Source of the DNA: Fidelibacterota bacterium SCGC AAA298-D23
Lineage (GTDB): Bacteria; Fidelibacterota; Marinisomatia; Marinisomatales; Marinisomataceae
Length of the DNA stretch: 64,000 bases
Direction of reading: 5' to 3'
Assembly: GCA_000402655.1 (NCBI GenBank)
Contig: AQSI01000001.1
Location: 46,760-110,759, forward strand
In this document: piece after piece, positions 10,649 to 19,778 of the stretch
Numbering within the stretch: position 1 is the stretch's first letter
How the letters are laid out: each line of letters starts with the position of its first letter
The notes under the pieces: model-generated
Told to the model about the DNA's origin: nothing
The model's database searches: none
The model's input: the letters and a program-made list of their open reading frames with translations, nothing else
Translations under genes and position numbers: made by a program

Positions 10649-11830
10649 ATGATCAACTTAATCAAAAAAAATAGTTTAGAGTTTTTCAATGCAAATGGTT
10701 TACCAAGCAAAAAACTCGAAAATTGGAAATTCACCTCTTCCAAAAATTTTAAAAGTTTTAATAAATCATCTTCTTCAATTAAAAATCAAAAAATTGAATC
10801 TGATGAATTATCAATTGTATTTGTTAATGGGGTTCTTGATAAAAATTCATTAAAAAATTTTAAATTTTCTGATTTACTTGAAGTTAAAAACTTAGATGAG
10901 CTTAATGATAAAGAACTATTACGTTGCTCTGAAAATTTTTTAAAAGAATCTATGTTTAATCTTGGAATATCTGAATTTGAACATGGTAGTTATCTTTCGT
11001 TTAAAAGAAATTCAGTTATTGAGGAAGTTATTAATATCAAAAATTATTTTTTTGAAAACGGCAATAATGAAAGAGTATCTTCTTTCAATATTTTTCATAT
11101 TAATGAAGGGTCGGAAATTTCTATCATTGAAGAAGATATTAAAGAAAACCATTCAATATTCAATTTGAAGCTAAACAAATTCATTTGTGAAAATTCTACA
11201 ATATTCAAATATGGAAAATCTTTCAATGATCACTCACAAACATATTCATTATCATACAACTACTATCAAATTAAAAAAGATGTTGTATTAAGTGTTGATT
11301 CCATAATCACAAGCTCTTTTTTTAATAAGGAATTTATTGAGGTTGATCTTAACAACTCAGGAAGTGATGCTAAAATTAATATTTTAAATCTTGGTAAAGA
11401 TGAGCAGCATATTGACAACAATATTTTAATAAACCACAACGCTGAGCATTGTACAAGTTTTCAACATGTGAGAAATGTCCTAGATAATAAATCTACAGCA
11501 GTTTTTAACGGTAAAGTTATTGTTGCTGAAGGAGCGCAACAAACTGATTCAAATCAATCTAATAAGAATCTACTTCTTTCACTTGAGTCAAATGCATTTT
11601 CCAATCCTCAGCTAGAAATCTATGCTGATGATGTTTCTTGTGGACATGGTTCAACAACAGGTGCTTTGGATGAGAATAGTATTTTTTACCTACGTGCCAG
11701 AGGAATTGACTATTCAAGTGCTCAAAAAATATTGATCAAAGCTTTTGCAAAAGAAGTCATTGACGACTTTTCTCTTTCATCGCTCCAAGATATATCCGAA
11801 ATTGCTTTGGATAGCTGGATTAATGGATAA
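10649..11830 (+). CDS. sufD: Fe-S cluster assembly protein SufD
   Basis: 393 aa with a SufB/D-family C-terminal beta-helix region (PQLEIYADDVSCGHGSTTG). Position after sufC. Confidence 0.85.
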   Translation: MINLIKKNSLEFFNANGLPSKKLENWKFTSSKNFKSFNKSSSSIKNQKIESDELSIVFVNGVLDKNSLKNFKFSDLLEVKNLDELNDKELLRCSENFLKESMFNLGISEFEHGSYLSFKRNSVIEEVINIKNYFFENGNNERVSSFNIFHINEGSEISIIEEDIKENHSIFNLKLNKFICENSTIFKYGKSFNDHSQTYSLSYNYYQIKKDVVLSVDSIITSSFFNKEFIEVDLNNSGSDAKINILNLGKDEQHIDNNILINHNAEHCTSFQHVRNVLDNKSTAVFNGKVIVAEGAQQTDSNQSNKNLLLSLESNAFSNPQLEIYADDVSCGHGSTTGALDENSIFYLRARGIDYSSAQKILIKAFAKEVIDDFSLSSLQDISEIALDSWING

Positions 11831-12248
11831 TATAAAAAATAATCTCGCAAATATTCGTGATGGCTTTTCTGTTTTAGACGGACAAGACAAGTTGGTGTAT
11901 TTAATTGATTTAGGCAAAAAACTAGATCATATAAACGAGTCTGATCGAACTGAAGATAGAAAAATCCATGCATGTACTTCACAAACCTGGCTAAAACTAG
12001 GTTATGAAAATAATCTTGTAACGCTTAAAGCTTTTTCAGAAAGTACGATTGTTAAAGGCCTGCTGCGAATTCTTCAAATTGGTTTCAATAATTCTGAAAA
12101 AAAGAGTATAATTAATTTTATAAATAGTTTTGATGATCCTAGTAGCTTATTTGAATGGCTAAATCTTGGTCCAGCAATATCTAGTCAGAGACAAAATGGA
12201 TTTCTAGGTTCACTTAAATACATTAAGAGGGAATTAGATAATGCATAA
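11823..12248 (+). CDS. sufE: Sulfur acceptor SufE
   Basis: The track ORF starts at 11745, inside sufD. The ATG at 11823 overlaps the sufD stop (ATGGATAA) and gives a 141-aa SufE-like protein with the active-site region HACTSQTWL. Confidence 0.75.
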   Translation: MDNIKNNLANIRDGFSVLDGQDKLVYLIDLGKKLDHINESDRTEDRKIHACTSQTWLKLGYENNLVTLKAFSESTIVKGLLRILQIGFNNSEKKSIINFINSFDDPSSLFEWLNLGPAISSQRQNGFLGSLKYIKRELDNA

Positions 12249-12762
12249 AGAGTTTACAATATTACAAGATATAGTTGTTCACAGTGTTCCTGATGGAGTA
12301 AGAACAACTTTAGAAAAAGGAAAAACAGGTATCATTTCTCAATCACTAGGAGATAACTATACTATAGTTGTTGAAGGTAATATGTATCAAGTTAGTGGTA
12401 TCGATGGCGAAAAAATTGGAGAAGAAAAGCGCGATATAAGTTCCAATAACTTTGCAAGTGAGGAAGAAATATGGAATGTTTTACATACATGTTATGATCC
12501 CGAAATTCCTGTAAATATTGTTGATCTTGGATTAGTTTACAACTGTGAGATAAAAGAGCAAGACAGTGGAGTAAATATTTTAATTCAAATGACACTAACT
12601 GCTCCAGGTTGTGGAATGGGTCCTGTAATTGCTGATGAAGTGAAACAAAAATTGTTATCACTCGGTGGCGCTAAAGCTGTTGAAGTAGAGCTTGTATGGG
12701 AACCTCAATGGAATCAAGATATGATGAGTGACGCGGCAAAGTTACAATTAGGACTTTATTAA
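12241..12762 (+). CDS. Long-form SufT-like DUF59 protein
   Basis: 173 aa. The C-terminal half carries the DUF59 motifs (CYDPEIPVNIVDLGLVY, LTAPGCGMG). The ~80-aa N-terminal extension is typical of the long SufT proteins found in suf operons. Confidence 0.7.
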   Translation: MHKEFTILQDIVVHSVPDGVRTTLEKGKTGIISQSLGDNYTIVVEGNMYQVSGIDGEKIGEEKRDISSNNFASEEEIWNVLHTCYDPEIPVNIVDLGLVYNCEIKEQDSGVNILIQMTLTAPGCGMGPVIADEVKQKLLSLGGAKAVEVELVWEPQWNQDMMSDAAKLQLGLY

Positions 12763-12768
12763 ATTATT

Positions 12769-13962
12769 ATGTTAAATATCAGACAAGATTTTCCAAATCT
12801 TAAAGAAAAAAATCGAGGTAAAACTTTAGTTTATCTTGATAGCGCTGCGACAAGTTTGACTCCGACACAGGTAATTAATTGTGAATCAGAATATTACGAA
12901 AAATTTGGAGGAAGCATACATAGAAGTGTGTACGAATTAGGTGAAAAAGCTACCAATGCATTCGAAAATAGTAGAAAAAGAATAGCAGATTTCGTTGGGG
13001 CATCAAAAAATTCAATTGTTTTTACAAAAAGTGCTACAGAAAGTATCAACCTTGTAGCTGAATCATGGGGATATGATAATTTAAATTCTGGCGATGTTAT
13101 TTTACTTACTGATATGGAGCATCATTCTAACATAATTCCTTGGCAAGTAATTTGTAAAAAGACAGGTGCTAAAATAAAGTATTTAAGATCAACTGAGAAT
13201 GGTACTATCAATCTTGAAGAATTAAAAAAATCTTTAGATAGTAATGTTAAAATAGTAAGCATAACTCATGCGTCAAATGTTTTCGGAACAATAAATCCAG
13301 TTAAAGAGATTACTAATATTGTTAAAAAGAATGGCTCGAAAATTATGATTGATGGATGTCAAAGTATTCCTCATATGAAAGTAAATGTGAAAGATTTAGA
13401 TTGTGATTTTTATGCTTTTTCTGGCCATAAGATGTTTGGGCCTACCGGAGTTGGTGTATTATATGGTAAGGAAGAAATTTTAGAAGAGATGCAACCATAT
13501 CAAACTGGTGGAGGCATAATTGAAACTGTCACAATGACTGAATCTACTTGGACAAGTATTCCGCATAAATTTGAACCAGGATCCCCAATGGCAGCTCAAG
13601 TCATTGCACTTGCGGAAGCAGTAGATTATTTAGAGGCATGCTTAGAAAAACATGATAATTTTTTAAATGAGTATTCCCTAGAAAAAATGAAGTCAATTGA
13701 TGGTATATCAATATATGGAAACGCTTCTGAAAGAACTCCAATTATAAGCTTTAATATTGAAGGTGTTCACTCACTCGATTTAGCTCACTTTTTAGATTAC
13801 GAAGGAATTAATATTAGATCAGGTCATCATTGTTGTCAACCGCTAATGCAAGCATTGGACATCACAGCGTGTGCACGAGCTAGTTTTTATTTTTATAACA
13901 ATACTGAAGAAGTAGATTATCTCGTCGATAAAATAAACAAAGCGATTCAGGTTATTAAATAA
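12769..13962 (+). CDS. sufS: Cysteine desulfurase SufS (group II, PLP-dependent)
   Basis: 397 aa with the PLP-lysine region SGHKMFGPTG and the catalytic-Cys loop RSGHHCCQP. Confidence 0.9.
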   Translation: MLNIRQDFPNLKEKNRGKTLVYLDSAATSLTPTQVINCESEYYEKFGGSIHRSVYELGEKATNAFENSRKRIADFVGASKNSIVFTKSATESINLVAESWGYDNLNSGDVILLTDMEHHSNIIPWQVICKKTGAKIKYLRSTENGTINLEELKKSLDSNVKIVSITHASNVFGTINPVKEITNIVKKNGSKIMIDGCQSIPHMKVNVKDLDCDFYAFSGHKMFGPTGVGVLYGKEEILEEMQPYQTGGGIIETVTMTESTWTSIPHKFEPGSPMAAQVIALAEAVDYLEACLEKHDNFLNEYSLEKMKSIDGISIYGNASERTPIISFNIEGVHSLDLAHFLDYEGINIRSGHHCCQPLMQALDITACARASFYFYNNTEEVDYLVDKINKAIQVIK

Positions 13963-14207
13963 TGCAAAATATAAATTTAGACGACTTTTTGACTGAAGGA
14001 ATAATTAAAGAAAAAGATTTTAGGGAAAAAGTATCTTTAATTGAATGGGAAAAATATCAAGATCAAAAAGTCATTATTAAAGGATGTTCAAAAGCTACAA
14101 TTCCTACATGGGCATATTTAATAATTGCTGCTAAATTAACTCGATATGCTAAACGAATCTATTTTGGTGAGCCTTGCTCTGCAATTGACATTTTTAAAAA
14201 CTCTTAA
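13962..14207 (+). CDS. Small suf-linked protein of unknown function (possibly DUF2480-like)
   Basis: 81 aa. Start overlaps the sufS stop (TAATG). The KVIIKGCSKATIPTWAYLIIAAKL segment resembles, from memory only, DUF2480 proteins found beside suf genes in Bacteroidetes, but at about half their length. Confidence 0.35.
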   Translation: MQNINLDDFLTEGIIKEKDFREKVSLIEWEKYQDQKVIIKGCSKATIPTWAYLIIAAKLTRYAKRIYFGEPCSAIDIFKNS

Positions 14208-16054
14208 GAAAGATTTTCAGCTACAATATCTGCAACGTCTTTAACTTTAATTTCTTCTTGACCGTCAGGAGTCAATGGTCCAATACCTTGATTCATCATA
14301 CCATAACAAAAATTACATCCGGTTACTACTGTATCAGTTTTTGATTCAATAACCTGCTCAGCTCTTAAAAGGTGGGTTCTACCTTCTCCACTATCTTTTT
14401 TCCACCATAAAGCACCACCAGCTCCACAACACAAAGTATCTTTACCGCTTTCATCTAATTCAAAGAATTCTGGTGCAGCTGCTTTTATTGCATTTCGGGG
14501 AGCAGAAACTTCATCAAGCGTTCTTGAAAGATTACATGGATCATGATAAGTCACTTTCTCTAATGAACCCGGATTAATATTAATCCTTCCTTCTTCTAAT
14601 AAATCTGAAATCACTTGGGTATGATGTTTTACCTCGTATTTAATTTCATGATATTTTTTATATTCTTTTTGAAGATTTACAACACAGTGAGGGCACATAG
14701 TTGTGACATTTTTTACTTTATTTAGTTCTTCAACATTTTGATCCATTAATAATTGGTAAGTTAATTTATCTCCCAATTTATTTGCAGGATCACCTGAACA
14801 TTGTTCATTACTTAATACACCATAAGTCACCCCGGCTGATTCAAGTATTTTTACAAAATTTCTTACCGAACTTACAAAATTAGGGTCCATTGCATGCTTA
14901 GCAAAACAACCCAACCAAAGCACTAATTCTTTGTCAGCTGTATAAACTGGAAGTTCATTAAGTAAATCACTTGATGATGATCCCTCCGTATTTCCCGTCT
15001 CTTGCAGATTTCTTAAAAGCTTTTGATACTCTTGTGGAACATCGCCTTCTGCAAGAACTTGAAAGCTTCTTATTTCATCTGCTTTCTCAACGTGATTTCC
15101 AACAGGACAAACTTCTGTACATGCTTGACATGTGGTACATTCCCATCCTGCTTCAACATTGATTTTATCAACAACATTAACATCGCCACTTTCAAGCATC
15201 GGATTTTTTAAATCTAGAATAAAATGATATTTAGGATCTAGGATTCCACCACCTCTATTTGCTGGGCATACCTCTGTACACCTTCCACATTCAACGCATG
15301 TAAAAATATCAAGAGCTTGATCTTTGCTAAGTCTTGATAAATCAAGTAATAAATTATCTAATTCCTCTTCCGATGCTTCCATATCGATTGGAATAGCTCC
15401 ATGATTTGGAACCTCAAATGGGCGCAAGAAAATATTGAAAGGTGATAATACCAAATGCATATGTTTGGATTGTGGGATTAAAAATAAAAACCCTCCAATT
15501 ACTCCAGAATGTAACCACCAATTAAATTTTTCCGCTACTCCCGATAGAATATGTAATTCATCAATTAAATAGGTGATCATTAGTGTAACAATGAATACTG
15601 AAACTAATGCAGAAGTGCTCGAAAATTTTCCTAAAGCCTCAGGTTTAATCACAAAACGTCTATATGCTAACCCTAAAATACCTATAGTACATAAGATTGC
15701 CCAAGGTGCACCAAAAATCAAAAAATAAGTATGTCTAAAAGACTCACTAAATATTGGAAATCCGAAGGCCATACCAAAATGATTGATTGTTATCAAACCA
15801 AAAAAGATAAAACCGTACATTACAAGAGCATGTAATATTCCAGCAGACTTTCTATTACCGCTGGTGACTTTTTTATGCAAAATGACTTCATCAAATACTC
15901 TAACGATTCTTTTCGGAAGCTCATCAACGCTGAAATCTGACTTACCTTTTAAAACAATTTTAAGTCTTAAGAGCAAGTGATATAGGAAAAAAGTAATACC
16001 AGATAGAAGAAAAACTGCTAAGATTACTTGTTCTACAATAGAAAATTGTAACAT
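14204..16054 (-). CDS. Membrane-bound (Fe-S)-binding oxidoreductase, HdrD/GlpC-like with N-terminal polytopic domain; likely ETF-oxidising
   Basis: 616 aa with about 5-6 N-terminal TM helices carrying His residues. It has two ferredoxin motifs (CVECGRCTEVCP, CTTCQACTEVCP) and two Cys-rich CCG-type regions (LCCGAGG, TGCNFC). Lies immediately downstream of etfBA. Confidence 0.8.
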   Translation of the reverse strand: MLQFSIVEQVILAVFLLSGITFFLYHLLLRLKIVLKGKSDFSVDELPKRIVRVFDEVILHKKVTSGNRKSAGILHALVMYGFIFFGLITINHFGMAFGFPIFSESFRHTYFLIFGAPWAILCTIGILGLAYRRFVIKPEALGKFSSTSALVSVFIVTLMITYLIDELHILSGVAEKFNWWLHSGVIGGFLFLIPQSKHMHLVLSPFNIFLRPFEVPNHGAIPIDMEASEEELDNLLLDLSRLSKDQALDIFTCVECGRCTEVCPANRGGGILDPKYHFILDLKNPMLESGDVNVVDKINVEAGWECTTCQACTEVCPVGNHVEKADEIRSFQVLAEGDVPQEYQKLLRNLQETGNTEGSSSSDLLNELPVYTADKELVLWLGCFAKHAMDPNFVSSVRNFVKILESAGVTYGVLSNEQCSGDPANKLGDKLTYQLLMDQNVEELNKVKNVTTMCPHCVVNLQKEYKKYHEIKYEVKHHTQVISDLLEEGRININPGSLEKVTYHDPCNLSRTLDEVSAPRNAIKAAAPEFFELDESGKDTLCCGAGGALWWKKDSGEGRTHLLRAEQVIESKTDTVVTGCNFCYGMMNQGIGPLTPDGQEEIKVKDVADIVAENLS

Positions 16055-16063
16055 AAAAGATTA

Positions 16064-17035
16064 CTACTTACTGTTGTTAATTTCTTCAGTTAACTTTGGA
16101 ACAATTTCGAGGACATCACCAATAACTGCGTAGTCAGCAATTTCAAATATTGGAGCATCTTCATCTTTGTTGATTGCTAAGATATTTTTTGAACCCTTCA
16201 TACCAACAACATGCTGAATCGCTCCAGAAACACCACAAGAAAAATATAATTTAGGAGATACAACTTGACCAGAACTTCCGACTTGTCTATAAGGAGGTAA
16301 CCAGCCCATGTCTACAACAGGTCTAGAAGATGCAACTTCAGCCCCCATTGCTTCAGCTAGCGATTCCATTGAAGGTAGGTTATCTTCACTTTCAATCCCT
16401 CTTCCAACTGAAACAATTAATTCTGCTGCTGTTAAATCAACGCCAGTGGATGATTCTTGAAACTCGGGTTCACTTTTTGACTTAATATCATTATCTAACA
16501 ATTGTACATTGAAATCTACTTCAGCTTCTGGCTCACCTTCCTCAATATCATCACTTGAAAATGCGGCAGATTGAAAACTTAATAAAGCTTGATCTGAAGA
16601 TACTTCAATGCTAGTTGCAAGCTTAGCATTAAAAACTTGTTTAGAGAAATGTGGATTTCCATCTTTGAAGTCAACTGAAATAATATCACTAACGAATGGC
16701 ATATTAAGTTTTGCACTAACTCTAGGTACAAAATCTCTTACCATATAAGAATGTCCAAATAATGCATATTTCGGTGAAAGCTCAGTTATAACGTCTGAAA
16801 GAACTTTTGAATAACCGTCAGCTGAATACATATCTATTAAGGAATGTTCTGCTAAAATAAGTTTACTTGACTTAAAATTTTGTGCTTGAGATTTTAATTC
16901 TTTAACTTTTTCACCAATACACAATACAGCTAAGTCACAATTAAGATTTTTTGCAAATTTTTGACCTGCAACTAATGCCTCGATACTGAAAGGATGAATT
17001 TTACCCCTCTGATTTTCTAATACAACTAATATCAT
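16064..17035 (-). CDS. etfA: Electron transfer flavoprotein, alpha subunit
   Basis: 323 aa with the C-terminal FAD region PKLYFSCGVSGAIQHVVGMKGSKNILAINKDEDAPIFEIADY. Confidence 0.9.
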   Translation of the reverse strand: MILVVLENQRGKIHPFSIEALVAGQKFAKNLNCDLAVLCIGEKVKELKSQAQNFKSSKLILAEHSLIDMYSADGYSKVLSDVITELSPKYALFGHSYMVRDFVPRVSAKLNMPFVSDIISVDFKDGNPHFSKQVFNAKLATSIEVSSDQALLSFQSAAFSSDDIEEGEPEAEVDFNVQLLDNDIKSKSEPEFQESSTGVDLTAAELIVSVGRGIESEDNLPSMESLAEAMGAEVASSRPVVDMGWLPPYRQVGSSGQVVSPKLYFSCGVSGAIQHVVGMKGSKNILAINKDEDAPIFEIADYAVIGDVLEIVPKLTEEINNSK

Positions 17036-17799
17036 TATATGACCTTTAATCTATTTTTTAAAATATCCATAAGCTTAGCGACAATTGTATCTGAGTCACC
17101 GACAATTTTTTCGGTCACTTTCTCATTTTTAGGAATGAATAAATTTACGAAGCTTTGATTTTGGGCTTCAGGAGTAGACTCAAGAGTATTTAATTCTTTT
17201 CTTTTTGCTCCCATAATACCTTTTAATGAGGGATAACGTGGCTCATTAATACCAGACTGAATTGAGATGCTTGAGGGGAAAGGAAGTGTTACCCACTGAA
17301 ACCATCCTGATTCCAACTCTCTTTTAACTTTAATTTTATCTCCTTCAACCTGAGTTTCGATGGCAAGTGTAGCAGTAGACATTTCAAGCAACTCTCCAAT
17401 GAGAACTCCCGTTTGACCTGAACCCAAATCATCTGATTGTAATCCAGATAGAACTAAATCAAAGTTTTCAGATTTTAAGTTTTCAGCAAATATTTTTGCA
17501 ACTGTAAGTGGATCGGTCGTATTGGAATCATTTTTAATGAAAATTCCTCGGTCAGCACCCTTAGCTAGACCATCTTTAATGACTTTTGAAGTGTTGGCTT
17601 CAGACCCAAGGGTAACAACAACAACTTCAGAATCGTCACCAACTTGCTCTTTAATTTGTAATGCTTCTTCCAAAGCATATGAGTCACTTTCATTGACAAC
17701 ATAATTGACAACGGACTCATCAATCCAGCTTCCAGAGTTATCTACTCTAATACTTGATTCGTAGCTTGGAATTGCTTTTGTTAATACTGCTATTTTCAT
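17035..17799 (-). CDS. etfB: Electron transfer flavoprotein, beta subunit
   Basis: 254 aa with an EtfB-like N-terminus (VVNESDSYALEEAL). 1-nt overlap with etfA. Confidence 0.9.
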   Translation of the reverse strand: MKIAVLTKAIPSYESSIRVDNSGSWIDESVVNYVVNESDSYALEEALQIKEQVGDDSEVVVVTLGSEANTSKVIKDGLAKGADRGIFIKNDSNTTDPLTVAKIFAENLKSENFDLVLSGLQSDDLGSGQTGVLIGELLEMSTATLAIETQVEGDKIKVKRELESGWFQWVTLPFPSSISIQSGINEPRYPSLKGIMGAKRKELNTLESTPEAQNQSFVNLFIPKNEKVTEKIVGDSDTIVAKLMDILKNRLKVI

Positions 17800-17835
17800 A
17801 GTTGGTCAATATAATAATATTTTATTATCAAACAA

Positions 17836-17871
17836 ATAAAATCCGACTAACTAGTCGGTATTTTATTTTTT
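17836..17871 (-). terminator. Rho-independent terminator (bidirectional shape) ending the 19716->17998 operon
   Basis: Hairpin CCGACTA-AC-TAGTCGG at 17843..17858, flanked by an A-run on one side and TATTTTATTTTTT on the other. On the minus strand the stem is followed by AUUUUAUUU. Confidence 0.55.
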
Positions 17872-17878
17872 AAAAGAA

Positions 17879-17944
17879 CAGGCTATAAAAGAAAGTTGAT
17901 AAGCGGGGGAAAGTCTTTCAATCTTTCGCGTTTTTTATAGCCTG
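17879..17944 (-). repeat. 66-nt dyad element: 12-bp perfect inverted repeat enclosing 42 nt (candidate structured 3'UTR or sRNA)
   Basis: CAGGCTATAAAA (17879..17890) pairs perfectly with TTTTATAGCCTG (17933..17944). The interior contains GAAAG/CTTTC and GCG/CGC complementary segments. The element lies between the stop of the 17998..18414 gene and the terminator. Confidence 0.6.
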
Positions 17945-17997
17945 ATAAATCTTCGATTTAACCAATTTAGTGTTATTATCAAGCTATTGAAAGAATT

Positions 17998-18414
17998 TTA
18001 TTCTGAATCGTCGTCTTCAGTTGCAAACTTTGTCCAATCACTTGAAACAGCAGACTCATCTATTGAATTTGAAGTTTCGGCTGCGACCGTGCTATTCCCT
18101 CCAAACTTCGAGTCATCTTCATAAATATTTAAGCTATCTTTTCTAACTTCATATTTATCTAAGTCAAGGTCTTCATCCGTACTATACAACGATTCTTTAT
18201 CTTGAGAATAAAGATCTAGATCAAAAAAATCTAGATTTTGGACATACCCATTTTCCATGAGATATTCAAGAAAAGGTAAGTAAGCCCTTTGCTTTAAATG
18301 AGCATTACATTTTGGACATTTTAGGCTTTCACCAATCTCAGATGCTATTATTTCTTCTTGTTTATCACAAGGACAAATAACTTCATCAACTTTACTTATT
18401 TCTTCCACAGACAT
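17998..18414 (-). CDS. Hypothetical zinc-ribbon protein with long acidic disordered tail
   Basis: 138 aa. The N-terminus has CPC...CPKC (four Cys, ribbon spacing). The C-terminal ~80 aa are rich in D, E and S and end in EDDDSE. I recognise no family. Confidence 0.5.
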   Translation of the reverse strand: MSVEEISKVDEVICPCDKQEEIIASEIGESLKCPKCNAHLKQRAYLPFLEYLMENGYVQNLDFFDLDLYSQDKESLYSTDEDLDLDKYEVRKDSLNIYEDDSKFGGNSTVAAETSNSIDESAVSSDWTKFATEDDDSE

Positions 18415-18448
18415 ATTAAGTCGAAGATATTATTTGTAGAGTATTGTG

Positions 18449-19216
18449 TCAATCTTTTTTATAAAGATCAAAGATAGTAGATTCTATTGAGGAGAAATCA
18501 ACATTTCTTCTGGACATTGCTTTTGAAGCAACATCCTTAAAATCGTCAAATGTGATTTTTGAAATTTTACCATTATAGTAAAATGAAAAGCTTGGAATAT
18601 ACCTGGGTGGAAAAGTTTGTGATACAATATTACAACCCATTTCAATTACCGTTCCCGTATTTAAGTTGGTACCAATTGAGGTTTTTACATGTTCTCCAAT
18701 GATTGAACCAAAGAAAATGGATTTAGTATCAATTAATTCTCCATTCCATTTCACTGAAATATTTGAGTAATTATTTTTCAAATTACTTGTGGTAGTACCT
18801 GCCCCAAGATTTACCCAAGAAGCAATGAAACTATGACCCAAGAATCCTTCATGAGCTTTGTTGGCAAATGGTTGAAAAATTGTGGTATGGACCTCACCTT
18901 TTACTTTACAGTCATGATTAATTATTGATTTTGAGATATTTGAGTGAGATTTAATTAAACAGTTATCACCAATAAATACAGGGCCATTAATAATTACAAA
19001 TGGTTCAATAATAGCTGAACTAGATATAAAAACGGGTCCATTTGATTCATCTATAACAACATTTTCAATATTTGAACATGAACTTTCAATATCTTTAAAA
19101 AATAGATCGATATTAGCAATCCATTGCCATGGAAATTTAAGACTCTCATCCAGATTATATACTTTGTCATTTATAATTAAATGAGATGATATAATTTTTT
19201 TTAAATGTTCCGTCAT
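18449..19216 (-). CDS. Left-handed beta-helix (hexapeptide-repeat) protein, GlmU-like 'putative sugar nucleotidyltransferase' family, C-terminal part only
   Basis: 255 aa with hexapeptide repeats. The block HEGFLGHSFIASWVNLGAGTTTSNLKNNYSNI...FPPRYIPSFSF resembles the C-terminal two-thirds of ~390-aa Bacteroidetes alt-GlmU-like proteins (from memory). The N-terminal nucleotidyltransferase-like domain is absent. Confidence 0.65.
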   Translation of the reverse strand: MTEHLKKIISSHLIINDKVYNLDESLKFPWQWIANIDLFFKDIESSCSNIENVVIDESNGPVFISSSAIIEPFVIINGPVFIGDNCLIKSHSNISKSIINHDCKVKGEVHTTIFQPFANKAHEGFLGHSFIASWVNLGAGTTTSNLKNNYSNISVKWNGELIDTKSIFFGSIIGEHVKTSIGTNLNTGTVIEMGCNIVSQTFPPRYIPSFSFYYNGKISKITFDDFKDVASKAMSRRNVDFSSIESTIFDLYKKD

Positions 19217-19716
19217 ATTTTTATAAACTGCTGTATCATTTCAAAAGTTTCTTCTAAATTTTGTTGATAATTTGTATCTAATATAACATTATAATATTTT
19301 TTGGAATTATCATAATTAAAACCCATTCGCACTTTTGGGTTACAAAATAAACACAAGAAAGCTCCAAACCTGCTAAAGCTCGCGTTTGTATCGACAATAT
19401 TCTCAAAATTATAACTTTTAATTTTTTCTGTAAAAATGTCTCTGGGCAAACCCAAGGAATCCATGTCATTATATGTATATTGAATAGAATTATTAATGAT
19501 TTTATCAGAATAAAAACTTGAAATAGAATCTTTTAAAAGAAAACTGACTGAATCATCAGTTTTATGTAAAAAAAGTTGTGCCATTTCAAATGCAATATCA
19601 TTTTCTGGAAGAATTATGAGGGTTTCACCATTAAATTCATTAAAGGTATTAGAATTTTGCTTATGTTTACGAAATTTTATAGCAAGCATTAATTTTTCTT
19701 TTAAAGTGAATTCCAT
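19213..19716 (-). CDS. Hypothetical protein
   Basis: 167 aa with an ATG start. 4-nt overlap with the downstream LbH gene. No motif recognised. Confidence 0.5.
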   Translation of the reverse strand: MEFTLKEKLMLAIKFRKHKQNSNTFNEFNGETLIILPENDIAFEMAQLFLHKTDDSVSFLLKDSISSFYSDKIINNSIQYTYNDMDSLGLPRDIFTEKIKSYNFENIVDTNASFSRFGAFLCLFCNPKVRMGFNYDNSKKYYNVILDTNYQQNLEETFEMIQQFIKI

Positions 19717-19778
19717 ATCTTTGTATTAATTTAATCATATATTAGAAAAATAAATTTTAATTAGACTTAATTTTTAAT

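Noticed and set aside
11745-11822. 26-codon N-terminal extension of SufE
   Set aside because: It lies inside sufD in another frame. The ATG at 11823 overlaps the sufD stop, and the SufE homology starts there.
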